DNA of 39,758 nt from a virus (Duplodnaviria; Caudoviricetes), in the IMG/VR virus record IMGVR_UViG_3300020723_000011, positions 1-39,758 of that record; one strand, given 5' to 3'. A model generated the notes under the pieces. The model saw only the letters and a list, made by a program, of their open reading frames with translations, searched no databases and was not told the origin of the DNA. Of this stretch, positions 17,540 to 26,695 are shown piece after piece. The stretch's first letter is position 1. Every line of letters starts with the position of its first letter. The position numbers were made by a program, and so were the translations under genes.

Positions 17540-17998
17540 ATGACCCCCAATGAACAAGCCTTCCTCGACATGATCGCACACAGCGAGATTGGCGCAGGCC
17601 TGCTAGCTGTGAGTGACAACGGTTACAACGTGCTGGTGGGGGCTACGGCCTCCAAGCCGCTCCTGTTCGACTCCTATGCCGAGCACCCCAATATCCTCAA
17701 CGCGCAGTGCAATAGCACCGCTGCCGGTCGCTACCAAATCCTGCACCGCTATTGGGTTTACTACGAGCGTATGTTGGGGCTGCCCGACTTTGGCCCGGAC
17801 TCGCAAGACAAGGTGGCGATGCAATACCTCAAAGAGTGCCACGCTCTGGACGACATTAACGCTGGCAACTTTGCCGATGCAGTTGCCAAGTGCGCGCACA
17901 TTTGGGCCTCGCTACCTGGCGCGGGATACGCCCAGCACGAGAACCATTTGGCCGACCTGCAACTGGCTTACACAACCGCTGGCGGCACGCTGGCATAG
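17540..17998 (+). CDS. Endolysin, lambda R-like lysozyme/transglycosylase
   Basis: AFLDMIAHSE, GYNVLVG, STAAGRYQIL, DFGPDSQD, WASLPGAGYAQ; start at ATG 17540. Confidence 0.93.
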   Translation: MTPNEQAFLDMIAHSEIGAGLLAVSDNGYNVLVGATASKPLLFDSYAEHPNILNAQCNSTAAGRYQILHRYWVYYERMLGLPDFGPDSQDKVAMQYLKECHALDDINAGNFADAVAKCAHIWASLPGAGYAQHENHLADLQLAYTTAGGTLA

Positions 17999-18007
17999 GA
18001 GCGCATC

Positions 18008-18508
18008 ATGGACGCAACCCAAGTATTGTTGAAGGTGCTCGATGTGGCAAACCCGCTGGCCGGTATGGCCGCCGAGTTCATTGCTGGGAAGATGGGCCTT
18101 GGCTCCAGCACGGTCGAGGCCGTCAAGGATGCCGTGGCCGGTGTGAGTGGTGCCGACAAGGTGAAGCTGGCTGACATTCAGGCCCAACTCCAAGACCACC
18201 TCGCGCAATACGGGCTGCAACTCCAGACGGCGCAGGTGCAGGCCGCCGCTCAGGTGGTCACATCGGTCAACACCACGCTCCAAGCTGACGCGCGGGGCGA
18301 TAGCTGGCTGCAAAAGAACCACCACGCTATCGAGTCACTGGCTACCGTGGCGTGCGTAATCGGCATCTACTTTGTGCTGCCATTGGCCCACATGCCGGTG
18401 CCCAGCGTGCCCGAGGCCGCATTCCTCATGCTGGGTGCCATCCTAGGGGTGACAAGCTGGCAGCACGGGCAGGTGAACAAGGCCATTGCCGAGGGGAACA
18501 GCCAATGA
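18008..18508 (+). CDS. Putative holin (C-terminal TM helices)
   Basis: AGGAG SD; two C-terminal hydrophobic helices; next to the endolysin. Confidence 0.7.
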   Translation: MDATQVLLKVLDVANPLAGMAAEFIAGKMGLGSSTVEAVKDAVAGVSGADKVKLADIQAQLQDHLAQYGLQLQTAQVQAAAQVVTSVNTTLQADARGDSWLQKNHHAIESLATVACVIGIYFVLPLAHMPVPSVPEAAFLMLGAILGVTSWQHGQVNKAIAEGNSQ

Positions 18509-18723
18509 AACCCGCCATCAAAACTGCAACCGGCCGTGTGGTCACCGCTCCCAAGCCGGGTATGCGCCACGTTGAGATTGGGGCCAAAGGCACCCGAGGC
18601 TTCACCGATGGCAACAGCAAATTCCTGAGCCGCGCCGAGGCGGCCAAGATCGCCAAAATCCCCGGCGTCAAGTCGCTCCATTCCGAGGACTTACCTGCCT
18701 ACAAAGCAAAGCACAAAAAATGA
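18505..18723 (+). CDS. Small basic phage protein, 72 aa (GFTD..KFLSRAEA...LHSEDL)
   Basis: ATGA overlaps on both sides; GAGGGG SD. Confidence 0.75.
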   Translation: MKPAIKTATGRVVTAPKPGMRHVEIGAKGTRGFTDGNSKFLSRAEAAKIAKIPGVKSLHSEDLPAYKAKHKK

Positions 18724-19280
18724 GAATCGAAACATTTTGCAAGGGCGAAACGCTCATCCTGCGTGGGGATAGCCTCGCCGCTGTGGAGTTCACCAAGGGT
18801 GATTTGCCTACAGGTGACGCTCGCATCGCCGTGTGCGAAAAGGCCGCTCTTGAAGCCGAAAAGTTTGGGCCTGATAGTGTCCGCCACAAGCTCTACAGCC
18901 TTGAATACGCATTGGGTGCTACTCCCGAGGTTGAGTGCCCTTTGCAGCACGTCTTTGCACCCGGTGTGTATGCCCGTACCATAAACATCCCCGCAGGCAC
19001 TTGCATCGTCGGTAAAATTCACAAGCACAAGCACCTTAACATTTTGTCAGCAGGTACGGTGCTGGTGTTGACTGAATCGCAAGGCGTTGAACGTCTTACC
19101 GGCCCTTTGACAATGGTGTCTGAGCCGGGAACAAAACGTGCCGTATTGGCCGAAACGGACGCAGTGTGGACGACCATTCATTTGACCGCCGAGACTGATC
19201 TGGCGAAGATCGAGGACGAGGTAATTGCCAAGTCCTACGAGGAATACGAGCAATTTTTAAAGATTGGGGTGCAACCATGA
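18720..19280 (+). CDS. Cupin-fold protein
   Basis: HVFAPGVYARTINIPAG...VGKIHKHKHLNIL..G and SEPGTKR cupin-like motifs. Confidence 0.75.
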   Translation: MRIETFCKGETLILRGDSLAAVEFTKGDLPTGDARIAVCEKAALEAEKFGPDSVRHKLYSLEYALGATPEVECPLQHVFAPGVYARTINIPAGTCIVGKIHKHKHLNILSAGTVLVLTESQGVERLTGPLTMVSEPGTKRAVLAETDAVWTTIHLTAETDLAKIEDEVIAKSYEEYEQFLKIGVQP

Positions 19281-20308
19281 CATGGGGCGCAGTAGCAGGC
19301 GGTGTAGCTGGGGCCGTATTACCCAGCTTATTGGGTGGTGGAGGTAGCCGCTCCAGCAGCGGTGGAGGTGCCTCAGGTGGCGGCCAGCAATACGTACCCA
19401 CGGGCATTGGCGCGGCTGACACGGGCTGGCAGCAAGCGTTTGGTGCCGAGCAAGGCCTCGCCAATCAAACACAGCAGCAAACCAGCCCCTACTACCAGCA
19501 GTCGCTCCAGCAAATGGAGGGCATGAACTACCAGCCCTATTTGCAGGCCTCCCAGCAGGCAGGCCAGATGTACGGTCAGGCCGGTCAACTTGCCGGTCAG
19601 CAGATGCAAGGCTATGGTCAACAAGCCCAGCAGGCGCAAATGGCCGGTCAGCAGATGTACCAGACGGCGATGGACCCGCAGAGCGCTCTTTTCCAGCAAA
19701 CGCAGCAAACGCTCCAAGATCAAGTGCGCGCCGGTCAGGCGGCCCGAGGCCTTGGCAACAGCGCTGTGGGTGGCATGGAGGAAGCTCAGGCAATGGGCAA
19801 CTTCGACATTAACTGGCAGAACGCCCAGCTTGCGCGCCAAGCCCAAGGTATCCAAGGGATGAGCCAAGCAAACCAGATGTACGGGCAGGACCAGAGCGCC
19901 GCGCTGGCGGCCGGTGCGGCCAGTGCCGGGTATTACGGTCAGTCGGGCTCTGTGCCCATGCAGGCGCAGCAGTATGCCGCCCAGCAGCCGGGAGCTGCCG
20001 CAGGCCAGTACCAAGCGCAGATGGCAGGGCTCCAGAGCATGTACGGCAACCAAATGTCTCAGGCCATTCCCTACATGAACGCTGGTCAGGGTGCACAGCA
20101 GGCCAACTACAGCGCGCAGACGGCGCAGAACGCTCAAGAGGCGCAACTGTTCGGCCAGATTGGTACCGGCCTGTGGAATCAGTACGGGAGCAACATTTTC
20201 AGCGGTGGCAATCAGGGCACCCCAATATCGCAAAGCCCCTACGCAAACTACACCAGCGCTAACACGCAGGGGTACACCACTGGCAGTGACACCAACTGGC
20301 TCGGATAA
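19277..20308 (+). CDS. DNA ejection / internal virion protein 1
   Basis: Gly-rich hydrophobic N-terminus, Q/A/G-rich body, synteny. Confidence 0.75.
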   Translation: MTWGAVAGGVAGAVLPSLLGGGGSRSSSGGGASGGGQQYVPTGIGAADTGWQQAFGAEQGLANQTQQQTSPYYQQSLQQMEGMNYQPYLQASQQAGQMYGQAGQLAGQQMQGYGQQAQQAQMAGQQMYQTAMDPQSALFQQTQQTLQDQVRAGQAARGLGNSAVGGMEEAQAMGNFDINWQNAQLARQAQGIQGMSQANQMYGQDQSAALAAGAASAGYYGQSGSVPMQAQQYAAQQPGAAAGQYQAQMAGLQSMYGNQMSQAIPYMNAGQGAQQANYSAQTAQNAQEAQLFGQIGTGLWNQYGSNIFSGGNQGTPISQSPYANYTSANTQGYTTGSDTNWLG

Positions 20309-20311
20309 ATT

Positions 20312-21865
20312 ATGCCAATCTTCGCACCCGGCATGGCCCAAGGCGCTCTCGGCGCTATGGAGTACGCGCGTCAAGCCGACATTGATAAGCAACTGGCTGC
20401 CCAGCGCAAGCAGGCGATGGAATATCAGGCGTACCAGATGGAAACATCCCGTGCGCAAGAGGCTGCACGCCTGCGCAACGCCGAGCAAGCAGGTAACCTG
20501 CTGACCCCTCCACCACCCGTGGCGCAGACGCCCAGCCCCGGCCAGCCAAGCGTGCCCATGCAACCGCCAGGTATGCGCCCACCAGCACCGCCCATGTTCT
20601 CGCAAGGTCAAGGGATGGGCCAGCAGCCGCCGCAGATGTTCACCCCCGGTGCACAGCAGGCCATGCAGCCGCCGCAACCACAGCCTATCCCGCCCTACCG
20701 CAGTCTTGCACAGCAGTCGCCCCAGCCGAACCCGCAAGCCCGCGGTGACATGCAGCCGCCCGGAGCCCCGCCCCCTGTGGGTGGCACGCCGATGGCCCCG
20801 GCCGCCGCGCCAAAGCAGAGCCCGGTGGGGATGCTGGAGCAATTGATCGCGCGCATGGACCAGCAGGGTGTACCTGCCGCTGATCGCATTGGCGTGCTGG
20901 CGCAATTGAGCCCCATCATCAAAGAGAATGCCAACGAGCAACTGTTGCAGATGCGCGAGCAAGGCGTTCAATTCACCCAAGGTATGAAGCAAGTTGAATT
21001 GGCGCTAAAGGAGGCCGCACTTGCAGCCAAGGAAGCCCGAGACGCAACATTAGGCAGACAAGGCGACAAGCGCATCGAGTTGTCGGCCCAGCGCCTGCAA
21101 GCCGCGCGCCAAAAGGCGGCATCCGGTGCAGCACCTCAGTCCACCGACTTGGCCGACCGTGAGGAGGCTCGCGTCTGGTACGACATTTTCAAGGAAAAGG
21201 GTACCGCTCCTCAGTTCGCAATGGGCGACAAGGCTGGCAAGGCGGCATGGCGCAAGTGGGTCGCTACGTTCGCCAAGGAAGATGGCATGAGCGGTGGTGA
21301 CATTGCTGCCGAGCAGGGCGGATACAAGGGCGCTGTGAGTGCCAATCGCAACCTTGAGGTGCGTCGCACAAACGTCGAGCAGATTACCGGTGCGCTGGAA
21401 AAGGTGGACTCCACCATCGTCCCGCTGGCAAAGAAGATCAATACCTCGTTTGCTGGGGAGGCTGGTAACCGCTTGCTCAACGATCTGTCCTCCAAGTACG
21501 GCGACAACCGCGAGTTGCAGCAACTCAACGTGCTGGCAAAGACCTACGGCCGCGAGTACATCAAGGCTGTGACCGCCGCAGGCTCCAACGCGCAGATGCT
21601 CGCCACGCACAAGGAGGATGCCGACGCACTGGTCAACGGCAACATGCCGGTCAACAAATTGCTTGGCGCAATTGACGGTATGAAGCTGGACATTAAGGCC
21701 TTCCGCGACTCGATGGCCGATGAGCAAAAGCGTGTCAAGGCCCAAATGGGCGGTACCGGCGCAGGCGCGGCATCCACAGGGCAGGACGCCGAGGCTATCG
21801 CATGGGCCAAGGCCAACACGAATGACCCCCGTGCTGCACAGATTCTCAAATTGCACGGGATGTAA
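20312..21865 (+). CDS. DNA ejection / internal virion protein 2
   Basis: P/Q-rich N-half and helical C-half; synteny. Confidence 0.7.
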   Translation: MPIFAPGMAQGALGAMEYARQADIDKQLAAQRKQAMEYQAYQMETSRAQEAARLRNAEQAGNLLTPPPPVAQTPSPGQPSVPMQPPGMRPPAPPMFSQGQGMGQQPPQMFTPGAQQAMQPPQPQPIPPYRSLAQQSPQPNPQARGDMQPPGAPPPVGGTPMAPAAAPKQSPVGMLEQLIARMDQQGVPAADRIGVLAQLSPIIKENANEQLLQMREQGVQFTQGMKQVELALKEAALAAKEARDATLGRQGDKRIELSAQRLQAARQKAASGAAPQSTDLADREEARVWYDIFKEKGTAPQFAMGDKAGKAAWRKWVATFAKEDGMSGGDIAAEQGGYKGAVSANRNLEVRRTNVEQITGALEKVDSTIVPLAKKINTSFAGEAGNRLLNDLSSKYGDNRELQQLNVLAKTYGREYIKAVTAAGSNAQMLATHKEDADALVNGNMPVNKLLGAIDGMKLDIKAFRDSMADEQKRVKAQMGGTGAGAASTGQDAEAIAWAKANTNDPRAAQILKLHGM

Positions 21866-21867
21866 TC

Positions 21868-23841
21868 ATGCCTTTTGACCCCGACGCATACCTCGCCAAA
21901 AAGCAATCCAGTGGCGGATTTGACCCCGACGCATACCTCGCGGCCAAGGCTCCCCAGCCTACCGGCGCTGACGCCATCCCCGGAAGCAAGCCGATGCCGG
22001 GGGCCGCAGTCAAAGCGCCTGAGCCCGAGGGCTGGGGCACCAAGCTATTGGGTGTTGGTGAGGCTGGCCTGTCCGTACTGAGCAGCATCCCGGCGCTGGC
22101 GAAAGCTGGTATCCAAAGCCTTCCCGGTACCGGCGCACGTCCGCCAGGTACGTTTATGGAGCGCGCCGCCGCCGACACGTATGCGCCCCGCACCGAAACC
22201 GGCCAGAGCGTGCTCAAAGGCATCGGCCAAGCCGGTGAGGCCGCGCAGGCGCTCGGGCCAGAGTTTGGCGGGTATGGCTCGCTGCTCAAGGGTGTTGGCG
22301 AGGCCGCAGGACTTGCGCGCCCAGCGCTCGGAGCCATCCCCCGAGTTCCCATGCCCTCGATGCCCAGCGTGCCCCCGGCAGTGCGCGGCGTTGTGGATAC
22401 CTTGCGGGGCACACCCGCTGCTGGTGCGCGCGAGGAAGCGCTTGCTGCGACCAAAGGCGCTCTGTCCCAAGAGTCATCCACACTCGGGCGCACCGCCGCT
22501 ACCAAGGCGCAGGAAGCCTCACAGGCCGAGAGCGTGGCCGTGGCCGTGCAACGCAACCTCGACCAGATGGCCGAGCGGGGCGGCCGCCCAACTCTTGACG
22601 TGCAGGGGCAGAATGTCCGCACCGCCGTGAGCGGGGCCTATGACACCGCCAAGGAAGCGCGCGCCAAGGGCACCGCTGGCCTGTACGCTGACGCTGAAAA
22701 AGCAGCGGCCGCGCGCGAAAAGGATGGTGCACGCATTGACGTGTCTGGCATCACGCCCAAGGTGCAGAACTTGCTTGACCGGGCCGAGAACATCCCCGAG
22801 TTGCGCTCACAGTTGTCCAAGCTCATCAATGCCGTCAGTGGCATCGAGGAAAAAGCCCCTGTGGCCGCCCCGTTGGGCAAAGGTAAGGTAACCAGTCGGC
22901 TCGCCCCGCCAAAGGCCCCAGCGGCCCCAAAAGCAGGCCTGACGTACAAGGAATTGGACCTTTCCAACAAGTACCTCAAAGACATTGCCTATTCCGGCGA
23001 GTTGCAGGGCTACGACGCCATCGTCCGCCGCGCCGCGCTAGACCTGTCCAAGGGGCTCGACGCGCAGATTGCCAAGTTTGTGCCTGAGCACGCCGCTGCG
23101 GCCGCCAAATACGCCGAGTTGTCCCAGCCGCTTGAATCGCTGGCAACCCGCATCGGCAAGGCTGTGACCGGCACTGAGGGCGGGTTGAAGGGTGAGGCCT
23201 ACTCCAAGATTGCCGCCCAAAACCTTCCTCAACGACTTTTCAGCACCAAAGACGGCATTGACCTCGTGGTGGACGCCATCTCTGGTGGCAAGAATGCTGC
23301 TCCGGCCGCACGCAAGGCCGCACAGGCGCAGGTTGACCAGATGGTCGAGCATTGGATTATGGAAAGCGCACGGGGCTCGACTGGAACTACCGGCGCGGCC
23401 GCCGCAAAGACGCTACAAGCGCCTCAGATGGCGGCCACACTGCAAGCCGTTCCGGGCGTGGGCAAAAAGCTCGCAGGCCAGTTTGCCGGTGAGGAGCGCG
23501 TGGCCGCAATGGGCGAGCGTGCAGCAACCACAGCCAAGGCTGCCGGTGGTGAGGCCAAGGCCGCTGCCGGGGCCAAGGCGCGCGTGGACAAGGCGATGGC
23601 ACAGGCCGAGGTGGATTATGTCCACGGCTCCAAGCAAAAGGCCTACGAGAGCTACGTGGCCGCCCTGCGTCAATCGATGGCCGATATTGACCCGGCAAAG
23701 TACAAAGCAGCCATCGGATTGATTGAGCGCGCGGGTACACTCCAACAAAAGACCGACAAGGCCCGTGCTCTGGCAAAGAAATTCCTTTGGGGCGCTGCGG
23801 CAGTCGGAGCCGGATATGAAGCCAAAGGGGTACTGCAATGA
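21868..23841 (+). CDS. DNA ejection / internal virion protein 3
   Basis: Duplicated FDPDAYLA N-terminal motif; Ala-rich helical body; synteny. Confidence 0.7.
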   Translation: MPFDPDAYLAKKQSSGGFDPDAYLAAKAPQPTGADAIPGSKPMPGAAVKAPEPEGWGTKLLGVGEAGLSVLSSIPALAKAGIQSLPGTGARPPGTFMERAAADTYAPRTETGQSVLKGIGQAGEAAQALGPEFGGYGSLLKGVGEAAGLARPALGAIPRVPMPSMPSVPPAVRGVVDTLRGTPAAGAREEALAATKGALSQESSTLGRTAATKAQEASQAESVAVAVQRNLDQMAERGGRPTLDVQGQNVRTAVSGAYDTAKEARAKGTAGLYADAEKAAAAREKDGARIDVSGITPKVQNLLDRAENIPELRSQLSKLINAVSGIEEKAPVAAPLGKGKVTSRLAPPKAPAAPKAGLTYKELDLSNKYLKDIAYSGELQGYDAIVRRAALDLSKGLDAQIAKFVPEHAAAAAKYAELSQPLESLATRIGKAVTGTEGGLKGEAYSKIAAQNLPQRLFSTKDGIDLVVDAISGGKNAAPAARKAAQAQVDQMVEHWIMESARGSTGTTGAAAAKTLQAPQMAATLQAVPGVGKKLAGQFAGEERVAAMGERAATTAKAAGGEAKAAAGAKARVDKAMAQAEVDYVHGSKQKAYESYVAALRQSMADIDPAKYKAAIGLIERAGTLQQKTDKARALAKKFLWGAAAVGAGYEAKGVLQ

Positions 23842-23906
23842 TCTTACTCACCCTCGCCGTGATCGCATGGTTTGCACTTGAGGCGTGGTTCGCGTTTATG
23901 CCATGA
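23838..23906 (+). CDS. 22-aa hydrophobic peptide (MILLTLAVIAWFALEAWFAFMP)
   Basis: ATGA overlap with the upstream stop and with the downstream ATG 23903. Confidence 0.55.
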   Translation: MILLTLAVIAWFALEAWFAFMP

Positions 23907-25249
23907 GCAAGCGCCTCCTCATCATCGACACGTCGAGCAACTGCCTTGACATGGCCCTGCGCGCCAAGATGGCCGGGTGGCAAGTGAAGTGGTACGACCG
24001 GCCCCGGCCAGATGGCGGACCCCGGCTCGCCGGTATGGGCATGATCGACAAGATTACCGACTTTGGCGAGATACAGCGCAAGTGGCTCGATTGGGCCGAC
24101 CTCATCTATCTGCCGGACAACACCCGGTGGCTCGATATGCTGGAGCCGTACCGCAAGCAAGGCTACCCCATCCTCGCGCCAGGTGTGGAAGCCGCCAAGC
24201 TGGAAACCGACCGAGATGCAGGCCAGAAGGCCATGAAGCAAAGCGGCATCAAAATTATGGAGTCCAAGGCGTTTAACGATTACGATGCAGCCATTGCATT
24301 TGTCAAAAAGAACCCGGAGTTTTTAGTCAGCAAGCCGTCAGGTGACGCCAACAAAGCACTGAGCTATGTTGCGAGCGACCCTGCTGATCTGGTCTACATG
24401 CTCGGGCGCTGGAAGCAGCGGGAGGATTTACGCAAAGCGGCAAAAAAGGACGGTTTCATTCTGCAAGAGCGCAAGTACGGCGTCGAGATGGCCGTTGGCG
24501 GCTGGTACGGCCCCGGTGGCTGGAGCAAGTGGTTTTACGAAAATTGGGAGTACAAAAAGCTCATGGATGGTGACCTCGGGGTTGCCACTGGTGAGATGGG
24601 TACGCTCTCGCGCATGACCACCAAGTCGCGGCTGGCCGAGGAAGTGCTCAAGCCTGTTGGCCCCATCCTCGACAAGCTCGGCTACGTGGGCTACATCGAC
24701 AACAACTGCATCATCGACGCCCAAGGCCCGTGGCCGATGGAATGGACCATGCGCGACGGCTGGCCCACCAAGCACAACGTCACGGCCCACATCAAAAATG
24801 ACGACCCCATCCAATGGATGCTCGATGGGCTCAACGGCAAAGATACCATCGAGGCTGTGGAGGGCGAGGTGGGTATCAGCATCGTCGTGGCCCTGCCGGA
24901 CTTCCCGTACTCCAAGATCACCAACAAAGACCTGTGCGGCATCCCCGTGCGCGGTGCTGACGACATGGACCACATCCACCTGTCCGAGGTGATGATTGGC
25001 GAGGCCCCAACGATGGTGGGCGACAAGGTGATGGACACGCCGGGGTACGTCACCTGTGGCGATTACACGCTGGTGGTCACAGGGACCGGCAAGACGATCA
25101 CAGCGGCACGGCGCTCGGCATATGGCGCTGTGGACAAGGTGAAAATTCCCAACAATCCGATGTGGCGGCTCGACATTGGCGCGGGGCGCATGAAGCGTCA
25201 CCTGCCCAAGCTCCACGCGATGGGCTACGCCAAGGGCTTGGAGTATTGA
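23903..25249 (+). CDS. PurD-like (phosphoribosylamine-glycine ligase-like) ATP-grasp enzyme
   Basis: AAKLETDR, VSKPSG, LQERKYGVEM, EYKKLMDGDLGVATGEMG (cf. PurD DHKR..DGD.GPNTGGMG), MEWTMRDGWP (cf. EFNxRFGDP). Confidence 0.85.
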   Translation: MSKRLLIIDTSSNCLDMALRAKMAGWQVKWYDRPRPDGGPRLAGMGMIDKITDFGEIQRKWLDWADLIYLPDNTRWLDMLEPYRKQGYPILAPGVEAAKLETDRDAGQKAMKQSGIKIMESKAFNDYDAAIAFVKKNPEFLVSKPSGDANKALSYVASDPADLVYMLGRWKQREDLRKAAKKDGFILQERKYGVEMAVGGWYGPGGWSKWFYENWEYKKLMDGDLGVATGEMGTLSRMTTKSRLAEEVLKPVGPILDKLGYVGYIDNNCIIDAQGPWPMEWTMRDGWPTKHNVTAHIKNDDPIQWMLDGLNGKDTIEAVEGEVGISIVVALPDFPYSKITNKDLCGIPVRGADDMDHIHLSEVMIGEAPTMVGDKVMDTPGYVTCGDYTLVVTGTGKTITAARRSAYGAVDKVKIPNNPMWRLDIGAGRMKRHLPKLHAMGYAKGLEY

Positions 25250-25250
25250 C

Positions 25251-25757
25251 ATGACACGGGAAGCATTGCGCGCGGGGCTCATCTCCGAGGACACGGTTAC
25301 TGCGGCCCTCATGTCGGCCCGTGGCGACCTTTTCGTGGCCTCCAGCTACCTTGGGGTCACCGGGCGTGAGTTGGACGGCTACATCCGCGCGTCTGAGCAT
25401 CTGCAAGCATTCTGCGCGGCCATCGGTACCGTCAAGACCAGCGCCGATTACAAGCGCCTGTCCGATGAGCAATTTGAGGATGAGCTTGAGCGCCTGACCA
25501 AGGGCTACAGGCTTGAGGCTTTGAGCGTTATCCACGAGATTGCGACCGAGGCCATTGTGAGCGACGACGGCTCCAAAATGTCCGCCGCTGAAAAAGAGGT
25601 GAAGCTCAAGGCCGCCATTGCGCTACGCGGCGCACCCGAGGCCAAGGCCGGTGCCAACGATCAATCACAGGTGCTGGCCGAACTCAACGAGTTGTACCAG
25701 CAGAACGCTCCCCGCATAAAGTCGGTGCGAGCGGTGCAGATTGAATATCAGTCATAG
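25251..25757 (+). CDS. HTH protein, candidate displaced terminase small subunit
   Basis: N-terminal AALMSARGDLFVASSYLGVTGRELDGYI (Fis-like HTH), then helices; last gene of the late operon. The TerS role is inferred. Confidence 0.55.
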   Translation: MTREALRAGLISEDTVTAALMSARGDLFVASSYLGVTGRELDGYIRASEHLQAFCAAIGTVKTSADYKRLSDEQFEDELERLTKGYRLEALSVIHEIATEAIVSDDGSKMSAAEKEVKLKAAIALRGAPEAKAGANDQSQVLAELNELYQQNAPRIKSVRAVQIEYQS

Positions 25758-26695
25758 AGCCAATACTCGGGGGCCTCGTCAATGAGGGTTTTGAGTTTGA
25801 ACCAGCGTCCCCGGTACATATTGTTGATCGCATCGAGCTTGTCAATTTGCAGCGATGGGCCGCTGAGATTGATGACGTAGATATTGTCCTCGCGCACGAT
25901 GTAATTGAACCGCTTGAGGCGCTTGAGTTGCTGCTGAAAGCCCAGCACATACGGCCCCTTTGGCCGGTCATCACGCAGCGCATATTGGCCGCGCGCAACC
26001 TCGGGTTGCTCCCTCAAAATGTCGTAGGCCCAGCGCATGGCCTCGTCGTCGGGCGGGAAGCGCACCGAATAGATGTGGTACCGAATGGAATACCGCAGAT
26101 ACCGGTGGTACAGAGCGTATTTCAGGAAGCGCTCATTCCAGCCGGTCAGTTGCTCAATGTCCCATGCTGTGAATACCGCCGTTTTACCTGGCGGATAGCC
26201 ACTTGCGTCGAGAGCGCCCTGCATCTCCTCCGTCAACTCGCGGCCCACCAGTGACTTTAAAATCGAGTCCAACGTCAGGTAGGTACCGGCGTGCGGGAAC
26301 AGATGCTCAATTGTCTCGTTGTGCAACTCCCATGTCGGCGGACGGTAGACGACCACCTCTTGACGCACGTTGGCGGTGATGCGCTCAAAGTCGGTAATCA
26401 TGTAGGGCGCTTCAATGAACAGCATGGCGTCGGATGGGGGCATCACGGCCTTCAAACTGTTGGGGTGGGGCCGGTACACCATCAGGCCCCCTTTGACACT
26501 CCAGCGCTCGATTACACCGGCTGCCATCGGCTGCCACGCCTTGCACAACTCGATGGACAAATCCTTGAGCTTGTTCATTCGCATCCGGATTGGCCGTGCC
26601 GAGCGGTGCTGCATGTAGATGATGACGTTGCGATTGGTAGCCACAAGCTGGCGCGCTGCCCCCTCCATGTCATCAGTCGTGTAGAGCTTAACCAC
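25748..26695 (-). CDS. Hypothetical protein, 315 aa
   Basis: Long ORF overlapping the polymerase stop; protein-like composition. Confidence 0.75.
   Translation of the reverse strand: MVKLYTTDDMEGAARQLVATNRNVIIYMQHRSARPIRMRMNKLKDLSIELCKAWQPMAAGVIERWSVKGGLMVYRPHPNSLKAVMPPSDAMLFIEAPYMITDFERITANVRQEVVVYRPPTWELHNETIEHLFPHAGTYLTLDSILKSLVGRELTEEMQGALDASGYPPGKTAVFTAWDIEQLTGWNERFLKYALYHRYLRYSIRYHIYSVRFPPDDEAMRWAYDILREQPEVARGQYALRDDRPKGPYVLGFQQQLKRLKRFNYIVREDNIYVINLSGPSLQIDKLDAINNMYRGRWFKLKTLIDEAPEYWLYD

Noticed and set aside
19373-20992. 539-aa minus-strand ORF
   Set aside because: Antisense shadow of Gln/Ala-rich ejection genes in GC-rich DNA; no motifs.
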